A stretch of 64,000 bases of DNA from Verrucomicrobiota bacterium (GTDB lineage: Bacteria > Verrucomicrobiota > Verrucomicrobiia > Limisphaerales > UBA1096), in NCBI GenBank assembly GCA_036166355.1, contig JAYZHR010000137.1, positions 47 to 64,046 on the forward strand, read 5' to 3'. The position numbers and the translations under genes were made by a program. Positions 47,723 to 56,395 of the stretch are shown here, in pieces. Position 1 is the stretch's first letter. Each line of letters starts with the position of its first letter. The notes under the pieces are model-generated. The model was not told where the DNA came from. It was given only the letters and a program-made list of their open reading frames with translations, and made no database searches.

Positions 47723-49933
47723 TTAAACCAAGCCGATAATTTTACGACCTGTCCAGTAGGTGATAAGTAGGAGGAGGATAAAGCCACCCCACCATGGGTT
47801 GCTCCATAGGAGGGTGCGAAGTTCAACTGGGCTTGGCTCAGGGAGGACTGAGATTTTTTGAATTATCTTATCAAGATCATCTACGTTTGCACTTTCTCCA
47901 CCGGTGATTGATGAAATTTCAGTGAGTATTGAGCGGTTGACGGGGCGGCCAAGTTTTTCGCGTTCAGGCATAGAAACCGTGATTTTAGTTTCCAATTCTC
48001 GATCTTGTTCTGGAGCTTCAATTTTGACTTGATAAGCACCACCTTCTTTTGCCGAGAATTCAGCGCTATAAACTCCCCAACCACCATCAACTTCGTTGAG
48101 TTTTAGCGGTTCGTAGTCTCCTTTGGGAAAGAAAAATTCCCCTTTTACTTCGCCGTCCTCTAGTGGAAAGCCCGCTTTGTCCAATATGGTGGCTTGCAGG
48201 AAAATACGATCCCCAACCTTTGGTGTTTCCGGTGAGAAGCTCAGGCGTATTCCTTCTCGTTCTGCTAAATGTCGCTTGTGTGCCATCCATCGAGCGACTT
48301 GACTCCAGAATCGATAGTGGAATTTATCCTCTACTCCTCGGCGCCAACGCCATGCGCTATCTGTACCCATGAACAAAACCTTACCTTGACCGGCATTTCT
48401 AATAGCTAGAAGTGGTATGCGGCCAAACTGGTTTCGCAATTCAGAGTGAACTGCAAGTACTTCAGTTCCAGGTCGGCTCTTGGTAACAGCAGTGGACCAG
48501 TAAAAACCAGGGAGCATTTTCCATATTTGGTCATTCGTTATTTCATCAGCATCAAATCGAGTGAGTAAATGGCTTCGACCAAGCGTGGACAAAGTTAAAA
48601 CTGATTCGTTATTCATACCTATTCCTTTTGGTTTATCTTCATTAAGAACAACCGGCATCAGTTCCTTAAGCTCGCTATTCATAATAGAAAGATGGTTGCC
48701 ACGTCTGCCTGGCATGAAAACGAGGCCGCTGCCTTGTTGCTCTATAAGACCTTTAATTAACTCGGCGTCCTTTTTGCTTAATTGATTTTCTCCAATACCT
48801 ACGTCACCCAAAAAAATGACGTCATAGCGAGATAGCATTTCCCGAGATCCTGGGAAGGAAGAGAGATAGTCTCGGCCACCACCAGGTGAGATATTAGGAT
48901 GAAGTAAAACACAGTTTAGTTCTACTCCAGGATCACGAGCCAAAGCGTTTCTCAGGAAGCGATATTCCCATCTTGGCTGAGAATCTACCACCAAAATGTT
49001 AAGTTTCACGACACGAACGCCAATATTAAACTCAGCAAAGTTATTGTCTTTAAGCGCTTCGTCTTTCTCAACTGGGAATTCTAGCCTTAAATCAAACTCT
49101 CCAACTTCTCGTGGATACCACATAATCGAATCTCGAAAACGATTTTTTGCAGGAAGAGTGATTTTTTTTGAGGCTAGTTTTTCTTTGCCGTTCATGAGGT
49201 GAATCTCAGTGGAAACATCACGAGGCAGGTGGCTCTGTATTGTATAGGGGATTGAAATTTGTTCGCCGAATAAACCGTAAGCTGGTGCGTTTACTTCTTC
49301 CATAGAGAGATCAGCAATTGGTTGGTCTTGTCCAGTCACTATACTGTAAATTGGAATTCTTTTGTCGCGATATCTTGTGGCTACGCTGATGGGTGACGGG
49401 CCAAGGTTCCAGTCGCCATCGGAAAGTAATAGAACAGCCTTTAGGTTTTTTTGCTGATCTATTTCAGCGCTTAGAGCTGCGTTCAGATCAGTGCCGATTT
49501 CCTTAGGTTTAGTGAAAGTGTTTGTTGAGGATTGGTTTGTTGTTGGAGAGAAAGAACCAACATTAACTATCACATCGCTATTGCTCTGTAGTGGTTTCCA
49601 AAACTCTCGTTTATTTTGATCATTCAACCATTTTTTTCGACTGATAATTTCGTTAGTACTTACTATGTCACGAGTATACATGCTCTTTGAAAAATCATTT
49701 AGAATCGAAATAGTTGGCTGTTCAGTCCGCACTATACGACGGATAAATTCTGGTTCCAAAAGTGTAAATGCGAGTAGTGCTATTGCAGTGGTGCGTAACA
49801 GTTCAAGTATGGCGACTTTGCGTCGTCGGTTATTCCGTTTCCATATGCCCCACCCAAGCCATGCTGACAGTGCGACCACTCCTATGCTAATAAGGAAGCT
49901 TATGGTAGAGGCGGTTAATGACCAGTGACTCAT
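47723..49933 (-). CDS. large membrane protein of the MoxR/BatA-type operon (N-terminal double TM, VWA-like and GATase1-like regions, C-terminal TM)
   Basis: It has N-terminal TM helices and a C-terminal anchor (WWGGFILLLLITYW). Operon position is 4th gene after MoxR, with an ATGA overlap. The LLLSDGDWN segment is reminiscent of VWA/GATase1-like folds. Confidence 0.55.
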   Translation of the reverse strand: MSHWSLTASTISFLISIGVVALSAWLGWGIWKRNNRRRKVAILELLRTTAIALLAFTLLEPEFIRRIVRTEQPTISILNDFSKSMYTRDIVSTNEIISRKKWLNDQNKREFWKPLQSNSDVIVNVGSFSPTTNQSSTNTFTKPKEIGTDLNAALSAEIDQQKNLKAVLLLSDGDWNLGPSPISVATRYRDKRIPIYSIVTGQDQPIADLSMEEVNAPAYGLFGEQISIPYTIQSHLPRDVSTEIHLMNGKEKLASKKITLPAKNRFRDSIMWYPREVGEFDLRLEFPVEKDEALKDNNFAEFNIGVRVVKLNILVVDSQPRWEYRFLRNALARDPGVELNCVLLHPNISPGGGRDYLSSFPGSREMLSRYDVIFLGDVGIGENQLSKKDAELIKGLIEQQGSGLVFMPGRRGNHLSIMNSELKELMPVVLNEDKPKGIGMNNESVLTLSTLGRSHLLTRFDADEITNDQIWKMLPGFYWSTAVTKSRPGTEVLAVHSELRNQFGRIPLLAIRNAGQGKVLFMGTDSAWRWRRGVEDKFHYRFWSQVARWMAHKRHLAEREGIRLSFSPETPKVGDRIFLQATILDKAGFPLEDGEVKGEFFFPKGDYEPLKLNEVDGGWGVYSAEFSAKEGGAYQVKIEAPEQDRELETKITVSMPEREKLGRPVNRSILTEISSITGGESANVDDLDKIIQKISVLPEPSPVELRTLLWSNPWWGGFILLLLITYWTGRKIIGLV

Positions 49934-51948
49934 GTGGTGATTTTTGGTAATGGATTTGACGTTGTTGCATCCGATTCGAGGTTAATTTTTGGACGTATTA
50001 ACCAAGCTTCAATAAGCAACGCTATAAGCATTAATATCAAGAGCTTATCCCATATTTCGCTTTGTAAAGATGTATTATCTCTCTTAGCTTGAAAGAGTTG
50101 AAATGTAAGGCCGCTGAATAATTCAGCGACTACTTTGTCTTCAACTTGCTCAAGTTCACTTTCGTTGGCAGGTCGGTTTAGGACCAGCCAACGATCAGCA
50201 GACTGATAAACTCCTGCTTGAGTATTTAAATCTCCGCGTTGTCCGTTTTCAACGGAAGTCCACTCAAGCTGCATATCTCCAGCACTGACTTTACCTGTTT
50301 CAGTCATGAATTTTTGTTGGAAACGACTGCTACCTGCAGCTAGTAACCGTTGTAGCATTGGAACCACTACCATGCCATTACCGAGTTCTGACCAAGTAAG
50401 TAGTGGTAGAGTTGAACAAAAATATACCTCTCCTTGGCCAATAGTTTGACGACTGAGTAATGTTTGTCCGTCTTCAAAGGCTGCGAGTACTGCTGCTTGT
50501 CCAAGAATTTGTTGTCGTTGTTGTACAATGAGTTGATTTAGAGGTAACAGCAACCCTTCATCAGTATTGGCAAGGGGTCCCTGGTCTTCGTCCCAGCGTC
50601 CGATTTTAAATGGTTCTTTTTCAGCGGTCTGTTTTTCTCCCCAGCCCAGGCCAACAAAGCGTGTTGTATTTACTTCGCCAGTTGGGAAAAAAATTAGTCG
50701 CCCTCCTTCATTTATAAACTCACGAAGTAGATTTGCGCTATCACCTTCAGGAAGAGCAGCATGCCATATAATGAGGGTAGCCTCACCTAAATCTGACTTG
50801 GAGAATTCATTCGGTTTTAAAAGCTTTGCGGATTTTCGACCAGAGCTGGTAGCAACCGAGGCGGCGACTTGCCACAATGGACCAAGCTGACTTTTAGTTA
50901 TAACTAATCCTCCTATTGGATGATCTTCATTGTAACGATAATAGGCGATATTGTCCTGTGGGTTTCCATCAGCTGATAACTCTAGCTTTCCCCATCCACC
51001 AGATTGGGCTCCAACCTCAATGCTATGTCGCCAGCGTGTAGTTTGTCCGATGACTTTAGCTTCCAATTCGGTAGTTACACCGTTGATTGTTTGTTTGATG
51101 GACTCGATGTCGTTGTTCGTCTTGGTACGTTTTATATCAACCATCAACCTAATTTCGTCAGTTTCACCAGCATGAGAACGAGCAAGCTCAGAGATGGAAA
51201 TAGAGGTATTCATGGGTGAATCTTGTGTGGTTGCTAGTAAACGAATACGAACTTCTTGCTTAAGCGAATTAAGTGATGTCATGAGGTTTTGCCAACGCGA
51301 ATCTTTAGGCATCCAGTTTGTTGCTTGTAGATCGGAAGCTATCCAGATTTCTGCTGTTCCAGCTTGATTATCCATAAGCCAGTCTAGTGCGCTTTGGAGC
51401 ATTGCTGGTATGTCCGCCGCGGTGTCAGAAGGCTGTGTGTCGGGCAGATCAAGTATCGAAGAAGCGGTCGGGATGTCTTGTGCTTTTCTTGTAACACTGT
51501 CTAGCAGCACAATTTGGCTTTTATCTTCAAATTTTTCAGCAGCATCTCTAATCATTTCGATTGCATATTGTCGGCGTGATTTGTCAGTGCCAGAGATGCG
51601 TGATTCCATACTGGCGGACCGATCAATCAGTAGTATTATAACATCAGGGGCACCTCCGAAGGCCCATCCCATCCATCCACCTACTAGTGGGCGGGATAGG
51701 AATAGCAACAACATCAGTACTGCAAGTATTCGCATCGCAAGTATTAACCAATTTTTTATTTTAGAATGACTGGTGGAACTGCGAGTAGCTGCAAGAAGAA
51801 ACTGCATTGCCCCCCACTGTCTCGGTTTGTGCCGCATTCGGTTTATCAAGTGAATAATTACCGGCAGCAATATCAGTGGTAATCCCCAAAGTATGTTCTC
51901 TTGAATAAAACTCATATGCTCAACTTTTGTTGCGTCCAGCGCGTTCAT
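49930..51948 (-). CDS. BatA-like N-terminal double-transmembrane domain protein with VWA-like domain
   Basis: MSFIQENILWGLPLILLPVIIHLINR (TIGR02226-like aerotolerance N-terminus), then VIILLIDRSASM (VWA MIDAS-like DxSxS) and a C-terminal TM. The likely true start is ATG 51915. Confidence 0.7.
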   Translation of the reverse strand: MNALDATKVEHMSFIQENILWGLPLILLPVIIHLINRMRHKPRQWGAMQFLLAATRSSTSHSKIKNWLILAMRILAVLMLLLFLSRPLVGGWMGWAFGGAPDVIILLIDRSASMESRISGTDKSRRQYAIEMIRDAAEKFEDKSQIVLLDSVTRKAQDIPTASSILDLPDTQPSDTAADIPAMLQSALDWLMDNQAGTAEIWIASDLQATNWMPKDSRWQNLMTSLNSLKQEVRIRLLATTQDSPMNTSISISELARSHAGETDEIRLMVDIKRTKTNNDIESIKQTINGVTTELEAKVIGQTTRWRHSIEVGAQSGGWGKLELSADGNPQDNIAYYRYNEDHPIGGLVITKSQLGPLWQVAASVATSSGRKSAKLLKPNEFSKSDLGEATLIIWHAALPEGDSANLLREFINEGGRLIFFPTGEVNTTRFVGLGWGEKQTAEKEPFKIGRWDEDQGPLANTDEGLLLPLNQLIVQQRQQILGQAAVLAAFEDGQTLLSRQTIGQGEVYFCSTLPLLTWSELGNGMVVVPMLQRLLAAGSSRFQQKFMTETGKVSAGDMQLEWTSVENGQRGDLNTQAGVYQSADRWLVLNRPANESELEQVEDKVVAELFSGLTFQLFQAKRDNTSLQSEIWDKLLILMLIALLIEAWLIRPKINLESDATTSNPLPKITT

Positions 51949-52861
51949 TCAAGAAGTTTGCGAGTACCTGATCGTAGGGTTGATCGATGGTAACTCGACG
52001 ATAGTCTGCGTTAAACTCGTGACAGTCAGACTGTAATTTTTCGAGGAATCGATTAAGTTCCGATTGATACTCCGCTCGAATGGTGGCCGGTTCAGTAACT
52101 ATGGATTGTGAACCTTCCATATCTACAAAACGCACAGGTCGGTCAAATGTAAAATCTAACTCTAATGGATCTAATAAGTGGAATAGTGCTAGGTCGTGTT
52201 TCTGGAATCGAAGGTGTTGTAGCGCATCGCGTAGTTCAGCTCTATCGCAAAAGCAATCGGACAGGATAATGACTAGTGCTCGACGGCGAGCTTTTTCTGC
52301 AAGTTCATGGAGTAACGGGATAAGTTTGGTTTCTCCTTTTGGGTGAGATTGGTTGAGTGAGTTAATTATTAGCTGCAGGTGAGAAGCATTTCTTCGAGGT
52401 GGAATTTCCTTATTATTTTGCGCGTTCACATGTATCAATCCTGCGGCATCGCCCTGATTAATGACAAGATAGCTAAGCGTTGCAGCAAGCTTTTTGGCAT
52501 AATCAAAACGTATGCCGTGTTCGCTTTTGAATCCCATAGATCCACTACAATCTAGTACTATATAGCACCGAAGGTTTGTTTCAGCTTCAAACTCCTTAAG
52601 GTAGTAGCGATCTGTTCTGGCAAATACACGCCAATCTAGTCTGCGTATATCATCACCTGGTACATAGTTACGGTATTCGGCAAATTCAACACTTGATCCG
52701 CGGTGCGGGCTGCGATGGTGTCCAGATACTGTTCCTTCCATCGGGAACCGCGCAAGTAGTGGTTGACCTATAAGCCTACCGACTACGTCGGCTTCAATCA
52801 GTGGTTGCTCTTTATCTTCAGGCACTGGCGTTGCGGAATTGATCGAGCAACTTTTCGACAA
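51920..52861 (-). CDS. DUF58 domain-containing protein (VWA-like, MoxR partner)
   Basis: GHHRSPHRGSSVEFAEYRNYVPGDDIRRLDWRVFART and IVLDCSGSM are the hallmark DUF58 motifs. Confidence 0.85.
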   Translation of the reverse strand: MSKSCSINSATPVPEDKEQPLIEADVVGRLIGQPLLARFPMEGTVSGHHRSPHRGSSVEFAEYRNYVPGDDIRRLDWRVFARTDRYYLKEFEAETNLRCYIVLDCSGSMGFKSEHGIRFDYAKKLAATLSYLVINQGDAAGLIHVNAQNNKEIPPRRNASHLQLIINSLNQSHPKGETKLIPLLHELAEKARRRALVIILSDCFCDRAELRDALQHLRFQKHDLALFHLLDPLELDFTFDRPVRFVDMEGSQSIVTEPATIRAEYQSELNRFLEKLQSDCHEFNADYRRVTIDQPYDQVLANFLNERAGRNKS

Positions 52862-53873
52862 TGATGGTACTGTCGGTTCCTTCGGCCTGCGCTTGGAAAT
52901 TTGTTATGATACGATGTCTCAAAACAGGGTGAGCGACTGCCTCTAGGTCTTCCTGTCTTACAAGGTAGCTACCATGTAATACTGCCCGAGCCTTGGAACC
53001 GCGGATAAGATATTGAACGGCGCGTGGACCGGCTCCCCAAGAGACGAGCTTTTTACAAAAATCTGGCGAATCATCAGATGCAGGTCGTGTCGAGCGTACA
53101 ATATCAACTGCTAGATCATATATATGTTCTGGCACAGGTACTCGTTCAACTAGTTTTTGATATTTGATTATCTGTTCACCGGTTACTTGTGGCTCAATAG
53201 TTTGCGAGGTCACCCCGGTAGTTTCTCGAGCTATACGCAATTCTTCATCGCGATCTGGATACTTTACTTCTACGAAAAACATAAACCTATCTAATTGAGC
53301 TTCAGGAAGAGCATAAGTTCCTTCTTGTTCGATAGGGTTTTGTGTGGCAAGCACGAAGAACGGCTCTGGAAGTGATAGAATACGTCCCGATACAGTTACA
53401 TGATGTTCTTGCATTGCCTCAAGTAAAGCTGACTGCGTTTTGGGTGGGGTACGGTTAATTTCATCAGCCAAAATTATGTTGGCAAAGATTGGTCCTTTTA
53501 CGAATTCGAATTCTCGTCGACCTTCAACTGTTTCTTGAAGAATATCCGTGCCAGTGATATCTGATGGCATAAGGTCGGGAGTAAACTGAATGCGATTAAA
53601 ATCAAGTGACATCACTTTTGATAGTGAATTGACCATGAGCGTTTTAGCTAGGCCTGGCACGCCCATAAGCAGCGCATGACCGCGAGATAGAATTGTAATC
53701 AAAAGGTTTTCAACGACTTCATCTTGGCCAACAATAACCTTAGCCATTTCAGCTTTCATGTTTTCGTAGGTAGAGCGCAATTCATTAATGACTTCGACGT
53801 CACCGTCGTTAGGCGTGCTTGAGGCGTTGCTGTTATTTGTTTGGCTATCCGGTATCGTAGCAGATTCTGACAT
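52818..53873 (-). CDS. MoxR-family AAA+ ATPase
   Basis: GHALLMGVPGLAKT (Walker A), ILADEINR (Walker B), FFVLATQNP and the LPEAQLDRF motif. Confidence 0.9.
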   Translation of the reverse strand: MSESATIPDSQTNNSNASSTPNDGDVEVINELRSTYENMKAEMAKVIVGQDEVVENLLITILSRGHALLMGVPGLAKTLMVNSLSKVMSLDFNRIQFTPDLMPSDITGTDILQETVEGRREFEFVKGPIFANIILADEINRTPPKTQSALLEAMQEHHVTVSGRILSLPEPFFVLATQNPIEQEGTYALPEAQLDRFMFFVEVKYPDRDEELRIARETTGVTSQTIEPQVTGEQIIKYQKLVERVPVPEHIYDLAVDIVRSTRPASDDSPDFCKKLVSWGAGPRAVQYLIRGSKARAVLHGSYLVRQEDLEAVAHPVLRHRIITNFQAQAEGTDSTIIVEKLLDQFRNASA

Positions 53874-53952
53874 ATTAGATAAGGGGGCTAGTGAACGACC
53901 TTAGTCGGCTTGGGTCAATCACTGATTGGTGTAGTTGTATGATGATGATGAT

Positions 53953-54510
53953 TTATTTAACCGAGCGACGAGCGAAGGCAGCGTTACCTCGGCCGAAGGA
54001 AGTAATGTTGAAAAACTCCCAACCTTCCTTGCCGAATACATTCATTTCCTCTTCGAGCGCTACACGACTGTCTCCAAAAATCGATTTGTACTGCCACTTG
54101 ATTGGATCTATTTTTTTCTTACTTTCCTCTATTGTAATTTTTTGAAGGGCGACTAATTCCTTTAGTAGTTTAGTTGTAATGATTGTAGCTTCAGCATTCT
54201 CTTGGTTTACTTTTGTTTGGTTAGAAAGTTGAATTACAAGTGATTCAGTAGATTCGTTTAATTTTGTCAATTGTTCAAATATCGAGTTGATTGATTCATC
54301 TTTAGCATTTTCTGCGCTGGATTTTTTGTGCTGAGCTAAATCTTCAGAAACTTTATTTAACCCTTTTATTACTAGATCCAGACGATCGATTATTGTTGTT
54401 AAGTTGATTTCCTCTACTTGTGGATTGTTATCTGCTTGCCCAAGTGCAGACGATGAGAAATAGCTAAGAATAAAGCATAGGAAAACAGTGGAAAGTATTG
54501 GTTTTTTCAT
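53953..54510 (-). CDS. secreted coiled-coil protein with C-terminal DUF4177-like domain
   Basis: Signal peptide MKKPILSTVFLCFILSYFSSSALG, a heptad-rich middle region, and a C-terminal KWQYKSIF...EEEMNVFGKEGWEFFNI...AFARR resembling DUF4177. Confidence 0.45.
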   Translation of the reverse strand: MKKPILSTVFLCFILSYFSSSALGQADNNPQVEEINLTTIIDRLDLVIKGLNKVSEDLAQHKKSSAENAKDESINSIFEQLTKLNESTESLVIQLSNQTKVNQENAEATIITTKLLKELVALQKITIEESKKKIDPIKWQYKSIFGDSRVALEEEMNVFGKEGWEFFNITSFGRGNAAFARRSVK

Positions 54511-54626
54511 GAAAATTAAAATCTAGCTGCTTGAGCGTAGGTCAAGGCTAAAGGCAGTGCAAGGACTGCGAATTGGGAGATTTCGCTGGTCGAGATGATA
54601 AAGTCCGTATAAAGGATGCACGGCTA

Positions 54627-56162
54627 ATGTTAGGAAATTTCAGCCGAATTTTAATTTGCCTCCTCATTTTTTTTGGAGTTTACGCAAAAGCTGCTCCAGA
54701 GCTGCCTCTGTGGGCGGCGGCGAGTTGGCGTAATGATGTGCAAACAGTTAAGGCTCACATCATAGCTGGCACTGATGTAGAAACCATTGATGATTGGACT
54801 GGCAAAACGGCCATGCACTACGCTGCTGAATACGGCAACTTAGAGATTGCACAACTTCTTATCGATGCTGGGGCAAATATTCAACATCGTGATTTTGATA
54901 AGGCTACAGCATTGCATCATGCCGCGATCGGGGGATTCGTTGATGTTGTTAAATTATTGTTGGTTCATGGAGCTGATATAAATGCGAAAGACAAATCAGG
55001 TGAGACTGCTATGGATGGCGTAGCATTTTTTGGACATACTAATGTTGCTGATTTACTTAAGAGTTATTACGGCATCATACATTATGATTTGGATAATCAA
55101 TTTAAGTTGGAGGCTACGGCTTTGGCTCCTGGTTGGTACGGTTTTTTGAACAAGAAAATGAAAATTGAGCCGAGGAAGTTTCAAATTCTTTCGTCAGAAA
55201 ATTTAATCAATTGGCGCGTAATAAAGATTTTGGATTTCACGTCTGATAAACTAGTCTTTAAGGATACTAATACTAGTAAGTACAGACAAAGATTTTACCG
55301 AATGATGCCATTTACCCAACCTCCGCCAAAGAATATAAACCGGATTGATATAAAATATGATTATTATGAAGCAAAACCTATTAATGGTATTCTTGATGGT
55401 GTTCCAAGTGAATGGTTGACGAGTGAAATGATTGCCAATCCAGGATTTGAAGTTGTCGATGAGAATCAGCGTGGGAAGTCCAATTATATTGCAGGTGAAA
55501 CTACGTATTCTCAATTCGCCGAATTTAATGAAGGTAAATGGGAAGGGGATAATGATCATGGTATAAAATTAGGGATCGGATGGAGAGCGACAGGCCTGCA
55601 TCTTACATTAGTGGTTGAAGATGATCAGCATGTGCATTTTGGTAAGTCTGCAGATGAAGGTGATGCCGTGAAGATTCTTTTTACTAATGCAGGTCGAAAT
55701 GAGGTGCTTGGCGAGTTTGTTTTTGCTTTTTCCTACGATGCTTTCTTAAAGGATCCGGATTGGAAGATGGTTAACGACATGTCCTATGATAAGAAAATGC
55801 TTTCAAGTCCTGGATTCGTTCCTCCAATCGGATATATGGAGCAACTCCAAGGTGATGCCGAATTTGATGTCGTAATGCGTAGAAATCAAAAAACGATTGA
55901 TCCTGCTACTGGTGATCCTGCCACCGGTACGACTGTGTATGAGTTTTGGTTTGCGCCTGAAACAGTGGGGGTATCAAGCCTTGAAGAAGATGTATCTTTT
56001 GGTTTGGGTGTTGCGGTGATTGATAGTGATCTGGATGCGCCAGGGATTAAAGGTTGGTCTGGTTGGGGACCGGAAAGTGTGCTTTTTGAAGCTAAACCTT
56101 CGGAGGCAGCTACCATTATTCTGGTTGACGAACCTGAAAATACAGATGGTGGAGGTCAATAA
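54627..56162 (+). CDS. secreted ankyrin-repeat protein with C-terminal carbohydrate-binding (CBM9/DOMON-like) region
   Basis: Signal peptide MLGNFSRILICLLIFFGVYAKA (ATG 54627; the track start is a TTG at 54573). Three ankyrin repeats are present (TAMHYAAEYGNLEIAQLLIDAGANI, TALHHAAIGGFVDVVKLLLVHGADINAKD). The C-terminal GIGWRATGLHLTLVVEDD...GDAVKILF...FGLGVAVIDSD segment is CBM9-like. Confidence 0.55.
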   Translation: MLGNFSRILICLLIFFGVYAKAAPELPLWAAASWRNDVQTVKAHIIAGTDVETIDDWTGKTAMHYAAEYGNLEIAQLLIDAGANIQHRDFDKATALHHAAIGGFVDVVKLLLVHGADINAKDKSGETAMDGVAFFGHTNVADLLKSYYGIIHYDLDNQFKLEATALAPGWYGFLNKKMKIEPRKFQILSSENLINWRVIKILDFTSDKLVFKDTNTSKYRQRFYRMMPFTQPPPKNINRIDIKYDYYEAKPINGILDGVPSEWLTSEMIANPGFEVVDENQRGKSNYIAGETTYSQFAEFNEGKWEGDNDHGIKLGIGWRATGLHLTLVVEDDQHVHFGKSADEGDAVKILFTNAGRNEVLGEFVFAFSYDAFLKDPDWKMVNDMSYDKKMLSSPGFVPPIGYMEQLQGDAEFDVVMRRNQKTIDPATGDPATGTTVYEFWFAPETVGVSSLEEDVSFGLGVAVIDSDLDAPGIKGWSGWGPESVLFEAKPSEAATIILVDEPENTDGGGQ

Positions 56163-56201
56163 AACTGTGTATTTGGCTCAGTTCTTATAATTAAAAACCC
56201 A

Positions 56202-56230
56202 TTGACTTGATTATAGCTGACCGCTAGTTT
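56202..56230 (+). promoter_or_regulatory. candidate sigma70-type promoter of the leuA leader
   Basis: TTGACT (56202-56207), a 17-bp spacer, then TAGTTT (56225-56230), lying 8 nt upstream of the leader ATG. Confidence 0.3.
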
Positions 56231-56238
56231 GCGCCGCG

Positions 56239-56313
56239 ATGGTAATCGTGAGACTACGACTCTTGTTGCTGGGACTGGCGCTTTTAGGAGGCGCACGGGC
56301 AGTCGAGGTTTGA
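56239..56313 (+). CDS. leucine-rich leader peptide (24 aa) of a leuA transcription attenuator
   Basis: ATG GTA ATC GTG AGA CTA CGA CTC TTG TTG CTG GGA CTG GCG CTT TTA GGA GGC GCA CGG GCA GTC GAG GTT TGA translates to MVIVRLRLLLLGLALLGGARAVEV. It has 8 Leu in 24 residues, 4 of them consecutive, and all six Leu codons are used. A terminator follows and leuA lies immediately downstream. Confidence 0.6.
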   Translation: MVIVRLRLLLLGLALLGGARAVEV

Positions 56314-56347
56314 GCTAGTGTTCATGATTTTGTAAACCCCGATGCCC
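56297..56347 (+). promoter_or_regulatory. candidate antiterminator helix of the leuA attenuator
   Basis: GGGCAGTCGAGGTTT (56297-56311, the end of the leader ORF including the first base of its stop) can pair with AAACCCCGATGCCC (56334-56347). That gives 13 bp with one bulge and one mismatch. The pairing sequesters the 5' arm of the terminator. Confidence 0.45.
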
Positions 56348-56368
56348 AATAAGGCGCCGGGGTTTTTT
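56334..56368 (+). terminator. rho-independent terminator (attenuator) between the leader peptide and leuA
   Basis: Stem AAACCCCG (56334-56341) / CGGGGTTT (58-65), with an inner GCC/GGC helix (56344-46 / 56353-55). A T6 run follows at 56363-56368, 28 nt before the leuA ATG. Confidence 0.7.
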
Positions 56369-56395
56369 GTTAACCGCTATATATTCAACAAAGAT

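Noticed and set aside
56342-56395. N-terminal extension of leuA proposed by the ORF track (MPNKAPGFFVNRYIFNKD...)
   Set aside because: The ATG at 56342 sits inside the attenuator/terminator hairpin, and the extension has no counterpart in LeuA proteins. ATG 56396 gives the canonical MKKNRIIIFDTTLRDGEQ start.
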